Shown: positions 45,910 through 55,891 of the stretch, one piece after another
Layout: every line of letters starts with the position of its first letter
Position numbering within the stretch: the stretch's first letter is position 1
From: a virus
Lineage: Duplodnaviria; Caudoviricetes
Length of the DNA stretch: 64,000 nt
Direction: 5' to 3' (one strand)
IMG/VR virus record: IMGVR_UViG_2974703250_000001
Location: 1 to 64,000 of that record
Notes under the pieces: generated by a model
Database searches by the model: none
Told to the model about the DNA's origin: nothing
Seen by the model: the letters and a program-made list of their open reading frames with translations, nothing else
Program-made: the position numbers and the translations under genes

Positions 45910-46069
45910 CGCGGCTAACGGGGTTAGCACTGACCCTGGCACGGACGATTCGGGCGGCTCCGGCTTCGTGATCACCCCGAAGGGTGGGGTGGGTATTGAC
46001 CTTGGCGGCGGTATCCACATTGACCCGTCGACCGGTGGCATCGGCTTCGGGGGCCTCCCGCTGGGATGA
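45839..46069 (+). CDS. Small lipoprotein
   Basis: Lipobox LTAC; Gly-rich C-terminus. Confidence 0.55.
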   Translation: MSRNLKALLVAGGIVLALTACQPSAANGVSTDPGTDDSGGSGFVITPKGGVGIDLGGGIHIDPSTGGIGFGGLPLG

Positions 46070-46746
46070 ACGACTTTGGGAAAATCCATCGCAAGTTCCA
46101 CGAGCACCGGAAAGTCAAGCAGTGCAGTAACGGCGCTATCGGACTATGGGCCAAAGCTAACGCTTGGTGCCGCGATACTCGCTCAGCCGGATATATCCCG
46201 CGAGATATCGCGGAGACTTTCGGAACTCAGGGCGAAATCGGAGAGCTTATCGCGGCCCGGCTCTGGCTCAAAGATATGTCGGGTAGTGCGTGTGTGGGAT
46301 TCCGGTTTAACGACTATCAGCACTGGAACGATGACGTTGAACCTGACACCGAGGCGGGGAACCTTGTTCGGAAGGTGGTTCCGGAAGCGCATCCTGCGGC
46401 GATCCGTAAGCAACTCGCTGCACAGTCTGCAAAGCTCCTGGCAGAGGGAATCGACTCCGAGATTGTTGAGCGAGCGCTTAATTTGTGGCTATCCAAAAGC
46501 TTGCCCGTCTCATTCCTTCCGAACCTTACTTCGGAGGCAATGAAAGAGGCGCAGCGCGCGGCCACGCTTAGGAACACTATTGGTGAGTGCCTTAAGTCGG
46601 GTCAGGTGTCACCGCTTAAGGCATATGGGTTCATCTTCACGCCTCCTAATCCGCCTGATGGGCTGAACGTCGAGCAGCGGCGGCAGTTCATGGACTTAGA
46701 GAAGCGGAAGTGGCTCAGGGAACTTTGGGGAAGGGTTGCCGCGTGA
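46066..46746 (+). CDS. Replication initiator-like protein (probable)
   Basis: N-terminal FHEHRKV..AIGLW..W..GYIP..FNDY pattern; upstream of DnaB. Confidence 0.55.
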   Translation: MNDFGKIHRKFHEHRKVKQCSNGAIGLWAKANAWCRDTRSAGYIPRDIAETFGTQGEIGELIAARLWLKDMSGSACVGFRFNDYQHWNDDVEPDTEAGNLVRKVVPEAHPAAIRKQLAAQSAKLLAEGIDSEIVERALNLWLSKSLPVSFLPNLTSEAMKEAQRAATLRNTIGECLKSGQVSPLKAYGFIFTPPNPPDGLNVEQRRQFMDLEKRKWLRELWGRVAA

Positions 46747-47033
46747 CCAGTGGCATTGCTTATCCACGCCGTGATGACGCGGTGCGGTACGAGAAGTTCG
46801 ATGGGACTCTTGAGTCGGCGCAAAGGATTGCGAATCTCACTGGATTAGTCCTGCATATCAAGGTTGCTCCTAATCGGAGCTTTCTACCCGGCGATGTGTT
46901 GAGCCTGGCCGAAATCAACGTAAATGCCGACCGGCTGAGGTTGGGTGATTACGTCGTTAAGAGTCGGACCGGGCAAGGCGTGATTGTTCCTGCGGATGAC
47001 TTTCACGACAAGTACAGCAAGGACGGTAATTGA
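46743..47033 (+). CDS. Hypothetical protein
   Basis: GTGA overlap; LGDYVVK..IVPADDFHDKY motif. Confidence 0.5.
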   Translation: MTSGIAYPRRDDAVRYEKFDGTLESAQRIANLTGLVLHIKVAPNRSFLPGDVLSLAEINVNADRLRLGDYVVKSRTGQGVIVPADDFHDKYSKDGN

Positions 47034-48331
47034 CAGGGGTTGACGAGCACTGGCCTGACGAGGAATCGTACGGCGCACAGCCGCCAAGCGACCTGGGCGC
47101 GGAGCAGTGCGTTATTGGATCGGCCCTTCTGTCAAAGAAGGCCCTTAACACGCTAACGACGCTAATCACGCCAGCCGACTTTTACCGGCCAATCCACGGC
47201 GACATTTTCTCAGCCGCTACAGCCCTAGCGTCAGCCGGTGAGCCGGTCGACGCGATGACGGTTGCCCGCGAGCTTGAGACGCGCGGCCAGCTCAAAAAGA
47301 TCGGCGGGGCACCGTACCTGCTGACCTGTATGGAGAACACGCCGACCGCTACTAACGCTGAGGCGTACGCGCGGATGGTCCTCGACAAGGCGAAGCTCCG
47401 GCGGCTCGACGAGCTGGGCACCCGCCTTAAAGCCCTGGCGTATTCCGAGGCCACGACGAGTGACGACGTTAACGCCCTGATGGGCCAGGGTGAGAAGTTC
47501 TTCCGGTCTCAGCATGAGCCTGACGACACAGCGGTGTCGTTCGACGGCATGGTTGCCTCGTGGGAGGAATGGCAGGCCACCGACGTTGGTTCGATTCAGA
47601 CGCCTTGGGAGGCTCTGAACGCACGTCTGAACGGCGGGCTACAGCGCGGGCGGCTCTACACCATAGCGGCCAGGCCGGGTGTCGGTAAGAGTGTCGCAGC
47701 ATTGCAAATGGCGGCGTTTGCGGCCCACTGGGGTTTCCCGGCGGCGTATTTCACCTTGGAGATGTCCAAGGATGAGGTTACGTCGCGGCTTATCTCTGCC
47801 GGGTCGAACACTGACTTTAGCAAGATCATGCAAAAGCGGCTGGACCTACAAGACCGCGAGAAGATCGACCGGTACCTAAAGGACAGTCGCAATCAGCCTT
47901 TGCAGACTGTCGACCGGTCAAGGGTCACGGTTGAGCAGATCGTGGCGCACTGCCGGTCACTCGGAAAGCTCGACGTGCTCGTGGTCGATTACTTGCAGCT
48001 CATGTCAGCGAGCGACACTAAGGCGTCTCGTGAGCAGCAGGTAGCTCACATGTCGCGTTCGTTGAAGATTGCCGCTAAGGAACTGGACGTAGCGGTTATC
48101 GCGTGTTCGCAGTTGAACCGTGGCCCCGTTAAGGACGGTAAGCCGCGCGCTCCGACGATTGGCGATCTGCGCGAGTCGGGAGCGATTGAACAGGATAGCG
48201 ATGTGGTCCTGTTGCTGCATACCGACGAGGACGATCCAGGGATTATCCAGATGATTATCGGTAAGAACCGAAATGGCCGGATGGGGGACTTGATGTTCAA
48301 CTTTGAGGGCCACTATCAGCGGATCACATGA
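47030..48331 (+). CDS. dnaB: DnaB-like replicative helicase
   Basis: AEQCVIGS N-domain, AARPGVGKS, VVDYLQL, SQLNR, DLRESGAIEQDSD, KNRNG. Confidence 0.95.
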   Translation: MTGVDEHWPDEESYGAQPPSDLGAEQCVIGSALLSKKALNTLTTLITPADFYRPIHGDIFSAATALASAGEPVDAMTVARELETRGQLKKIGGAPYLLTCMENTPTATNAEAYARMVLDKAKLRRLDELGTRLKALAYSEATTSDDVNALMGQGEKFFRSQHEPDDTAVSFDGMVASWEEWQATDVGSIQTPWEALNARLNGGLQRGRLYTIAARPGVGKSVAALQMAAFAAHWGFPAAYFTLEMSKDEVTSRLISAGSNTDFSKIMQKRLDLQDREKIDRYLKDSRNQPLQTVDRSRVTVEQIVAHCRSLGKLDVLVVDYLQLMSASDTKASREQQVAHMSRSLKIAAKELDVAVIACSQLNRGPVKDGKPRAPTIGDLRESGAIEQDSDVVLLLHTDEDDPGIIQMIIGKNRNGRMGDLMFNFEGHYQRIT

Positions 48332-48582
48332 GCGCTGAGATTAAGGCGCTTATGTCGCCTAAGCCCTTGCATTGGACCGAAGAGGCGGTGTGTCACGACG
48401 ACCGGCGCTTTACCGGTCGCTACTCCGATCTAAGCACGGCTGACATTTCCCAGATGATTAGCAAGTGCTCTCGCTGCCCGGTTTACGAGCAGTGCGGAGA
48501 CTGGGCCGTCCGTGAGCAAGTAATTGAAGTATTCGCAGCAGGCTATTGGAGGTCTGATGGACGCGTTACTGAACCGGATTAA
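48328..48582 (+). CDS. WhiB-like protein (divergent)
   Basis: W..EAVC..CSRCPVYEQC..VFAAG. Confidence 0.6.
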   Translation: MSAEIKALMSPKPLHWTEEAVCHDDRRFTGRYSDLSTADISQMISKCSRCPVYEQCGDWAVREQVIEVFAAGYWRSDGRVTEPD

Positions 48583-48805
48583 TCGGCACGGTTGTGCTGG
48601 CTGCGGCCAGTCCGTGTATTTCACCCGTCACGGCGCTTGCGAGCGATGCGAGGGCGGCTACGACGACGAGGAATACCCCCGTGACTGAACCAGACGAGGA
48701 CTACGAGAACCCGGTAGGGGAAGTGCTGGACGACGAGACCGTGGACGAACTTGCTAAGTCGCACCTGGTCTACAGCATTTCCAAGTTCTTAGGGGTGGGG
48801 AACAA

Positions 48806-49666
48806 ATGGCCGTTCATCTGAGGGCTTACAACGAGGAACTGGGCACCGTCCGTGATGTGGCGGTGCCCTTTCAGTTTCCGGGTGGCGAATGGGACTTGAA
48901 GCAGGTCCATGAGTTCGACCAACGGGTGACATGGGTTGCGGACGTTCGCGGTGCTGACCTTAACGACCTAATGGCGGCAGCTCTGCTGTCTAACGTCGCT
49001 GTGCAGCGTGGCGAGGACTTCGTTCTGATGATTCCGTACTTGCCAGCGGCCCGTGCGGACCGGGGCCACCCGACCGGGTGTGTCCCGTACGGCAACTTCA
49101 TCTCGTCAATGGGCGCGTCGGGGATCATTACCGTTGATCCACACTCGCGCCGCATGCCGGACTACCTGGGATTCCAGGCTTCTACCGTCACGGCGCTGGA
49201 CCCACTGCCGCTGCTGGACAGGGCTTTGGAGAGCCAGGGCCACTGGCGGTACGACGCAATCATTGCGCCAGATAAGGGCGCTGTGGATCGCGCTGGGGTC
49301 ATCGCTAAGCATTACGGGCTAGACCTGGTTGTTTGCGACAAGGAACGCGATTTCGACACGGGCAGGATCACCAAGTACAAGGTGCCGATCCTGCCTCGTA
49401 GCGGTAAGTACCTGGTGGTCGATGACATCTGCGACGGAGGCGGGACTTTCGCGCTGCTGGCTAGTGAGGCGCTTATCTCTAAGCCCAACCTAGACCTTTG
49501 GGTTACGCACGGCATTTTCTCCGGTAAAGCAACCATGCTGCCGAGTTACTACGGGCGCATTATGACGAGTGATTCACACCCCGGCCATAACCGGGTCGGT
49601 GTCGCTACGTCGATTGTTCCCACTTTCACCTATATGCACGAAACGATGGTTAAGGGGCTTAAGTGA
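48806..49666 (+). CDS. Ribose-phosphate pyrophosphokinase-like enzyme (Adps-like, NARP1)
   Basis: [42 protein letters not shown]. Confidence 0.85.
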   Translation: MAVHLRAYNEELGTVRDVAVPFQFPGGEWDLKQVHEFDQRVTWVADVRGADLNDLMAAALLSNVAVQRGEDFVLMIPYLPAARADRGHPTGCVPYGNFISSMGASGIITVDPHSRRMPDYLGFQASTVTALDPLPLLDRALESQGHWRYDAIIAPDKGAVDRAGVIAKHYGLDLVVCDKERDFDTGRITKYKVPILPRSGKYLVVDDICDGGGTFALLASEALISKPNLDLWVTHGIFSGKATMLPSYYGRIMTSDSHPGHNRVGVATSIVPTFTYMHETMVKGLK

Positions 49667-50079
49667 GCACGAACTATTCGCCTATCCAGTGGCCGGTGGC
49701 CGAGACGCTGCTAGAGCGGCAGGCGATCTTCATTTATGAGGGTGCCCGGTTGCAGGCGGCAGCCGTTAACGCGCCGATCATTCCTGAGCCGTGGGACAAG
49801 CGCGATGAAGCTTTCAAGACGCAGTTCCTTGGTATCACGCAGAAGATGATGGGTCCGGACCGCTTCACTGATCCGGAAGCCGCCCACGATTCGTGGTGGC
49901 GCGCATACGAAGCCTTGGGGTGGAGCTATGGCCCCGTTCGGGATACGGAAGCTAAGACGCACCCGGACATGGTTCCTTTCGCTGACCTGGGCTGGGAGGA
50001 ACGCATGAAAGACGCGGTGTGGATAGCGCTGTGTGAAATCGCCCGGCAGTGGATCGTGGAGGAAAATCCTTATGAGTAA
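49663..50079 (+). CDS. RyR-domain protein
   Basis: [36 protein letters not shown] matches the RyR repeat consensus. Confidence 0.72.
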   Translation: MSTNYSPIQWPVAETLLERQAIFIYEGARLQAAAVNAPIIPEPWDKRDEAFKTQFLGITQKMMGPDRFTDPEAAHDSWWRAYEALGWSYGPVRDTEAKTHPDMVPFADLGWEERMKDAVWIALCEIARQWIVEENPYE

Positions 50080-51556
50080 GTTTGCACCCGTTGCGGCGCT
50101 CTTTCAGACAGACGCGTACAAGCTGGGCCATATCGACCAGTACGCGCTTAGCGGGGAAGTGACCCGCGTCTATTCCAACTGGACTAACCGGAAGTCGCGC
50201 CTGCCCGGCGTGGATAAGGTGGTCCACTTCGGATTGCAGGCGTATATCCAGGCCCACTTGGTGGACGCGTTCGAGCCGTTCTTTAAGACGCTCGACGAGG
50301 ACCAGGTAGCGGAGCTTTACGAGGAACGGGTAGCGCAGATTCTCGGGCCGGACGCGGCTAAGAGTATCGGCAGCGACCACATTCGGAAGCTGCACCGTCT
50401 GGGGTATCTGCCGCTGCGGTTTAACGCGGTGCCGGAGGGTACGGCGGTGCCTATCGGGGTGCCGTCGTTCACGGTGGAGAACACGCACCCGGACTTCTAC
50501 TGGCTGACGAACTACGTGGAGACCGGCCTGAGTGCCGGGGTGTGGCAGGCCAGCACGTCCGCGACCATTGCCCGCGAGTACCGCAAGGTGCTTGACGCGG
50601 CTGCCAAGCGGACTGGCGCTGATCCGGCGGGCGTCGACTGGCAGTGCCACGACTTCTCTTACCGGGGCATGTCGTCGCACGAGTCGGCGGCGTCGTCGGG
50701 GGCCGCGCACCTGTTGAGCTTCACGGGTACGGATTCGCTGGTGGCGCTCGACTGGATTGACCGCTACTACGGCGGCGAGTTCGTCGCGGGCTCGGTCCCG
50801 GCTACGGAGCACTCGGTGATGTGTACCGGCATTGAGACGGTCGGGGAGCTTGAGACGTTCAAGCGGCTGCTGGACCTGTACCCGACCGGCATCGTTAGCG
50901 TCGTCAGCGACACGTTCGACCTTTGGGCCGTGCTGACTCGGTATTTGCCGACGCTCTACGGCCAGATCGTGGGCCGGGACGGCAAGCTGGTTATCCGGCC
51001 CGACTCGGGCGATCCGGAGAAGATCATTTGCGGTGATCCCAACGCGCCCAAGGGTTCTAACGAGTGGTGGGGCGCTCTTAACCTGCTTTACGACACGTTC
51101 GGCGGGGTTAAGAACGACGCGGGCTACATCGAACTGGACTCGCATGTCGGCCTGATCTATGGCGACTCGATCACGTTGGATCGCGCTAAGAGCATCACTG
51201 ATCGCATGGAGAAGCTGGGCTTCGCGTCGTCAAACGTGGTGTTCGGCGTCGGGTCGTTCACGTATCAGCACAACACGCGTGACACGTTCGGGTCCGCGAT
51301 GAAGGCGACGTGGGCCGAGGTCGACGGCAGGGGCTACAACCTGCTCAAGAACCCGGTGACCGACGACGGCACCAAGAAGTCCGCGACCGGGCGTCTGGCA
51401 GTGCTGCGCGACCTGCAAGGGGAGCTGGTGCTTGTCCAGAACGCAGACCAGTACGACGAGTTCGCATCGGAACTGCGTCCGGTTTGGGAGAACGGAAAGT
51501 TCGTCCTGAGGCAGTCATTCGCCGGGGTCAGGGGCACTTTAGCCCAGCAGAGCTAG
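50072..51556 (+). CDS. Nicotinamide phosphoribosyltransferase-like enzyme (Namat-like, NARP1)
   Basis: [57 protein letters not shown]. Confidence 0.9.
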   Translation: MSKFAPVAALFQTDAYKLGHIDQYALSGEVTRVYSNWTNRKSRLPGVDKVVHFGLQAYIQAHLVDAFEPFFKTLDEDQVAELYEERVAQILGPDAAKSIGSDHIRKLHRLGYLPLRFNAVPEGTAVPIGVPSFTVENTHPDFYWLTNYVETGLSAGVWQASTSATIAREYRKVLDAAAKRTGADPAGVDWQCHDFSYRGMSSHESAASSGAAHLLSFTGTDSLVALDWIDRYYGGEFVAGSVPATEHSVMCTGIETVGELETFKRLLDLYPTGIVSVVSDTFDLWAVLTRYLPTLYGQIVGRDGKLVIRPDSGDPEKIICGDPNAPKGSNEWWGALNLLYDTFGGVKNDAGYIELDSHVGLIYGDSITLDRAKSITDRMEKLGFASSNVVFGVGSFTYQHNTRDTFGSAMKATWAEVDGRGYNLLKNPVTDDGTKKSATGRLAVLRDLQGELVLVQNADQYDEFASELRPVWENGKFVLRQSFAGVRGTLAQQS

Positions 51557-51656
51557 ACGGTTAAGTCCGGGTTTCCGGACGTTTTCGTGGGCATTGGGTA
51601 CATGCGACGTACTGTTGTGTGTACCCAACAGCCCGACGAAAGAAAGGGGGTTGAAA

Positions 51657-52595
51657 ATGACTCTGACTCTTACCGCAATGCGCGGTTATCCCGGCTCGGG
51701 GAAGTCGACTACGGCGCGCACTGTTGCTAATAACACGGGCGCGGTGGTGGTTTGTCGTGACGAGCTGCGGAACATGCTGCACGGCGTGTACTTCAACGAT
51801 GGTTCTAACCATCCTAAGTCGCCTAAGGACTTTGAGGATGAGGTAACCATTGCGGAGCGTGCGCAGGTCGCAGCCTTTCTCAAGGCTGGCGTTTCGGTAG
51901 TTGTCGACGCTACGCATTTGGAGCCGTCTTACTTGCGTAAGTGGGCGAAGATGGCCTCAATGTACGGCGCTGACTTCGTGCGGGTCGATCACATCACGCC
52001 GGTTGACGAGTGTCGTAAGCGGGACCACGCCCGGATGCTCGCTGGTGGCCGGTACGTGGGTGACAAGGTTATCGAGAAGATGGCTAAGCGTCACCCGGTG
52101 AAGAACTGGCCGGATATTCAAGCGCCACCGACGTTCACGCCGGAGCCGGTTGAGTGGGAGCCGGGCCTGCCTACGGCAATCATTGTCGATATCGACGGCA
52201 CGGTGGCGCACATGACGGGGCGTTCACCTTACGACTACAGCCAGGTCCATACCGACGTGGTTGATGAGCAGATTCGATGGCTGGTCAACACGGTTGAGTC
52301 CGAAGGCGTGTTCGTCCTGTTCGTGTCGGGCCGGGATGACGAGTGCCGGGAGGCTACTGAGAAGTGGCTTGCGGAAAACGGCATCGTCTACGACGAGCTG
52401 TACATGCGGCCTACCGGCGCTAAGGACAACCACGGGAACAAGCTGCCCGACTACCTGGTGAAGTCCGACCTGTTCGATAAGCATATTCGCGGCAAGTACA
52501 ACGTGCGGTTTGTGCTCGACGACCGGGACCAGGTTGTGAACCTGTGGCGTGCGCTGGGCCTTAAGTGCCTGCAAGTTCAGCCGGGCGACTTCTGA
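51657..52595 (+). CDS. Polynucleotide 5'-kinase/3'-phosphatase (T4 PseT-like)
   Basis: GYPGSGKST P-loop; HAD DIDGT, SGR, DDR. Confidence 0.9.
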   Translation: MTLTLTAMRGYPGSGKSTTARTVANNTGAVVVCRDELRNMLHGVYFNDGSNHPKSPKDFEDEVTIAERAQVAAFLKAGVSVVVDATHLEPSYLRKWAKMASMYGADFVRVDHITPVDECRKRDHARMLAGGRYVGDKVIEKMAKRHPVKNWPDIQAPPTFTPEPVEWEPGLPTAIIVDIDGTVAHMTGRSPYDYSQVHTDVVDEQIRWLVNTVESEGVFVLFVSGRDDECREATEKWLAENGIVYDELYMRPTGAKDNHGNKLPDYLVKSDLFDKHIRGKYNVRFVLDDRDQVVNLWRALGLKCLQVQPGDF

Positions 52596-52834
52596 TGGGC
52601 GTCACGATCACGACCAGCAAGGGTGGCGTGGCTATCTCGGATAGGCGGGTGCAGATTAGCTTGCCGGATACCGACGTGGTGTTTAAGTACGACGCGGACA
52701 CGCACACAATCGTGCTTGAGGGCGCAGACGTTGCCCTGTCGCGCGAGGACAACACGGTTTATCTCCGGCAACGTGATGGGTTGAGGACAGAGCTTGTCCT
52801 CTTGCATCCGGATTGGCCCGGCTTTAAGGGTTAG
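52595..52834 (+). CDS. Hypothetical protein
   Basis: 1-nt overlap with the upstream stop; beta-rich. Confidence 0.45.
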   Translation: MGVTITTSKGGVAISDRRVQISLPDTDVVFKYDADTHTIVLEGADVALSREDNTVYLRQRDGLRTELVLLHPDWPGFKG

Positions 52835-53220
52835 TGCAGCACGTTCTAACCGTGCCTATGCCACGACCGCCAATGAGCGCTAATGATCAGCGGAGAATGC
52901 ACTGGGCGGCGCAGGCTAAGGCAAAGAAGCAAGTCGGAGAAGCAGCAAGAAAGCTGGCACAGCAGGCGGGTCTACAAGACCTAGGCCCGTCTGTTGTGTC
53001 GGTTACCTGGTACGCGCCAGATAAACGGCGGCGCGATACCGACTCACTAGGGCCGTTTCTTAAAGCAGCGCTGGACGGATTAGTTCAGGCTGGCGTGTGG
53101 CCCGACGACCATTCCGATTACGTCGTAGAGACACGCATGGCGATTAACAAATCGCAGGTACGAAACCCGCGAATCGAGATAAAGGTTATAGAGGCGAATG
53201 CAGGATCAGGCTTGGCGTGA
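52834..53220 (+). CDS. RusA-like Holliday junction resolvase
   Basis: PPMSAN, RRRDTDSL..KAALDGLV..DD. Confidence 0.8.
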   Translation: MQHVLTVPMPRPPMSANDQRRMHWAAQAKAKKQVGEAARKLAQQAGLQDLGPSVVSVTWYAPDKRRRDTDSLGPFLKAALDGLVQAGVWPDDHSDYVVETRMAINKSQVRNPRIEIKVIEANAGSGLA

Positions 53221-53488
53221 GCTGGCGGTGTGCCAGTTCATTGACCCGGAAATGTTCTTCCCGCTTAAGGGCGGTGCAACAGAGGCACCTAAGCGTGTTT
53301 GCAACACGATGTGCTCGGTGCGTGAGGACTGCTTAGAGGCCGCGATGCAAGAGGAATACGGCTTAAGCAAAGGCATGCGCTTCGGAATCCGGGGCGGGTT
53401 AGTGCCGGATAGCCGTCATCGGCTAGCCCGTGAACGCGGCGAACGCGTCATTTGGGACGACGAACTAGACCTAGGAGAGGTTGCGTGA
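53198..53488 (+). CDS. WhiB family transcription factor
   Basis: AVC..DPEMFFP..KRVC..C.VREDCL..GIRGG. Confidence 0.85.
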   Translation: MQDQAWRELAVCQFIDPEMFFPLKGGATEAPKRVCNTMCSVREDCLEAAMQEEYGLSKGMRFGIRGGLVPDSRHRLARERGERVIWDDELDLGEVA

Positions 53489-53871
53489 GGGCACGAAGCA
53501 GCGGAGCAAGCCGGGGGCCGGGGTCGTATGGATCGCGCACCCGGACGCCGCAAATCGCCGGGGTCAACGTCGGCGGGGTGCGTCACCGCGAGATTCCCGA
53601 ACTCGCCATTCCAGACCTGCCAGGGGCTCTCTGCAAGGGCATTGATGACCCGGAGATGTTCTTTCCCTCGCAACGCAAGGGAGGCCGTAAGGCTGCCGCT
53701 GAGGCCCGCAAGATGTGCCAGCGCTGCCCGATCCAAAAGCGCTGCTTGGAATGGGCGCTCGACTGGGACCGCGAGCACCCCGACTTCTACGACCGGTTGG
53801 AAGGCATCTGGGGCGGGACTAACGAAGCTGAGCGCCGGGAAATCCTTAAGGAGGAAAGCAATGCGGCTTAA
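53485..53871 (+). CDS. WhiB family transcription factor
   Basis: ALC..DPEMFFP..ARKMCQRCPIQKRCL..GIWGG; start GTG53485. Confidence 0.85.
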   Translation: MRARSSGASRGPGSYGSRTRTPQIAGVNVGGVRHREIPELAIPDLPGALCKGIDDPEMFFPSQRKGGRKAAAEARKMCQRCPIQKRCLEWALDWDREHPDFYDRLEGIWGGTNEAERREILKEESNAA

Positions 53872-54097
53872 GGCCAGTATCAAGCTCAAGTGCGGCGTGT
53901 TGGACTACGCGTTCACCTTCGCTAATGGCAGCGAGTACCACTCGGTAAGGATCGCTCAGGGCTGTTCAAACTCGGTCCGGCATTCGGTGCATGGGACGCC
54001 GGGCGAAGCAATTAACGAGCTGGTTCCTTACCGGGACGATAACCCGGAGGTCGCAGACCTGATCCGGTGGTTGTCCCGCTTTCCGCACGATGCGTAG
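53861..54097 (+). CDS. Hypothetical protein
   Basis: GGAGG RBS before ATG53861. Confidence 0.5.
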   Translation: MRLKASIKLKCGVLDYAFTFANGSEYHSVRIAQGCSNSVRHSVHGTPGEAINELVPYRDDNPEVADLIRWLSRFPHDA

Positions 54098-54172
54098 GCG
54101 GCGTAAGCGCCGGAACTGGCGGCGCTTTCTAAGCGACATGTTCGACGCGCTGCTAGAAGGGTTAATCGACGC

Positions 54173-54739
54173 ATGGGACTAGAGCCACGCTGCCGGTCGG
54201 GGAAGAAGTGCGTTTCCCGTACACCTGACGGTCCGGCGATAGTAGCGCTACGCCCGCTCTGCGACGGCTGCGTTAAGGACATTCAAAAGTGCCTTGACGA
54301 CCTGCCGACATACGCGGCCCTGCTTGAGCAGTACAAGGGCTACGTGCCCGGCTCGGTGGGGCAGTCAAAGGTCAGCTCATCGGCTGAACCTAAGTCACCG
54401 CTAAACCTGACGGTCATTGACCTTATCGGCCAGATCGGCGCGGTAATCCATCGCACGCAGGGCTACCAGGTACGTGACCTGATCACGCTAAGCGGCGGCT
54501 TGGAAGTAGCGCTAGATATCCGGTCGGTCTATTCAAAGTCAGACGGGATTATCGGCCTGCAAAGGGTGTGGGAGCGGCGGCGCGTCCCATGCCCGGAATG
54601 CAACTTGCCCACTCTCGGGGGATGGGTAGGCGAAGGCACCATTTACTGCACTAACAGTGAGTGCCGGAATGCGCTTAGCAAGGCGCAGTACGAAGAATAT
54701 TGCGAAATGAAATCAAGGGAGAAGGTTAAGCGTGCCTAA
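54173..54739 (+). CDS. Zinc-finger hypothetical protein
   Basis: C..C, LCDGC, CPEC..C..C motifs. Confidence 0.6.
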   Translation: MGLEPRCRSGKKCVSRTPDGPAIVALRPLCDGCVKDIQKCLDDLPTYAALLEQYKGYVPGSVGQSKVSSSAEPKSPLNLTVIDLIGQIGAVIHRTQGYQVRDLITLSGGLEVALDIRSVYSKSDGIIGLQRVWERRRVPCPECNLPTLGGWVGEGTIYCTNSECRNALSKAQYEEYCEMKSREKVKRA

Positions 54740-55139
54740 CGCTGAAATTCAGATTCAGGGCAACCTCACTGCTGATCCGGAGCTGCGGTTCCTTGACTCG
54801 GGCGTGGCTACAGCTCAGTTCTCCGTGGCGTCGACTCCCCGTATCAAGCGGGGCGACGAGTGGGTAGACGGCGAGACAGTGTTTCTCCGTACCACGGTAT
54901 GGCGCGAGCTGGCCGAGGGCGCGGCTGATGCGCTTAAGAAGGGCGATTCGGTCGTGGTGATTGGGAAGCTCAAGCAGCGGAGCTTTGAGGATAAGAAGAC
55001 CGGCGAGAAGCGGACGGTCTTTGAGATTGACGGCGAGTTCGTCGGTAAGAGCGTTCGTAAGCGTCGTGAGCGCAACGGCGGCGGCTATTCGGGCGGTGGC
55101 AATTCCAACAACTGGGTCGGGGATGAACCTCCGTTCTAA
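54732..55139 (+). CDS. ssb: Single-stranded DNA-binding protein
   Basis: GNLTADPELRF..FSVASTPR..WRELAE..GKLKQRSF; acidic PF tail. Confidence 0.93.
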   Translation: MPNAEIQIQGNLTADPELRFLDSGVATAQFSVASTPRIKRGDEWVDGETVFLRTTVWRELAEGAADALKKGDSVVVIGKLKQRSFEDKKTGEKRTVFEIDGEFVGKSVRKRRERNGGGYSGGGNSNNWVGDEPPF

Positions 55140-55167
55140 GGCTTACTAACCGCTACGAAAGGTTCGC

Positions 55168-55389
55168 ATGTCTCACGAAAAAACTTCCGTGGTGCTGCGG
55201 AAGATTGATAAAGCGGCTCGGGTCCGGGGGATGACTTTTGTCCTCCGGCGTCCGGGCGGCAATCACAGCATTTACGACCTCGACGGCCACATGGTGACGA
55301 TTCCTAACGGGTCCAAGGTGACGCGGGTTGAGGCGACTTATCGGCAGTTGCAGGACAAGCTTGGGAGAGGTTGGTGGCGTGACGTTTGA
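55168..55389 (+). CDS. HicA-like RNase-fold protein (no HicB seen)
   Basis: RRPGGNHSIYDLDGHMVTIP pattern. Confidence 0.55.
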   Translation: MSHEKTSVVLRKIDKAARVRGMTFVLRRPGGNHSIYDLDGHMVTIPNGSKVTRVEATYRQLQDKLGRGWWRDV

Positions 55390-55802
55390 CGCGTCGAATC
55401 TTAGTTACCGGTTCCCGCGATTGGGCTGACCGGAATCATGTTTTCTTAACGCTGTCTATCCATATGGTCGGGGTGGATTCGGCAGTGATCGTTCACGGGG
55501 ATTGCCCTACGGGTGCTGATCTGTTCGCGGACGACTTTGGTACGCGCCACCCGCGTTGCACGGTGGAACCGTACCCGGCTGATTGGTTCAAGGCTTGCAC
55601 TGACAAGTGCTATCACAAGCCGCGCCTTAAGGATGGAAAGCCGTATTGCCCGGTTCAGGGCTTTATCCGTAATCAGAAGATGGTTGACCTGGGCGCGGAC
55701 GTTTGTCTGGCATTCCCGCTTGGTAAGTCGCCGGGCACTCGTGACTGTATGCGCCGCGCTAAGAAGGCGGGCATTCACGTAATCAACTGTGGAGACGAAT
55801 AG
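55386..55802 (+). CDS. SLOG-family protein (DUF2493/cpYpsA-like)
   Basis: ILVTGSRDW, VHGDCPTGAD, RNQKMVD, PGTRDC. Confidence 0.75.
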   Translation: MTRRILVTGSRDWADRNHVFLTLSIHMVGVDSAVIVHGDCPTGADLFADDFGTRHPRCTVEPYPADWFKACTDKCYHKPRLKDGKPYCPVQGFIRNQKMVDLGADVCLAFPLGKSPGTRDCMRRAKKAGIHVINCGDE

Positions 55803-55891
55803 ATGAAGAAGTTTCTTAAGAGCATTGACCGCCGGAAAGTGCTCAAGGTCATTGACCGGATTCTGTGGGGTGTGGAAGGGCGGTGGGTTAA

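Noticed and set aside
49952-51145. 397-aa minus-strand ORF (also 56201-57256)
   Set aside because: These are antisense shadows of GC3-rich real genes, with no motifs or RBS
53528-53860. N-terminal part of the 189-aa ORF 53528-54097
   Set aside because: It overlaps WhiB in another frame; the real start with an RBS is 53861
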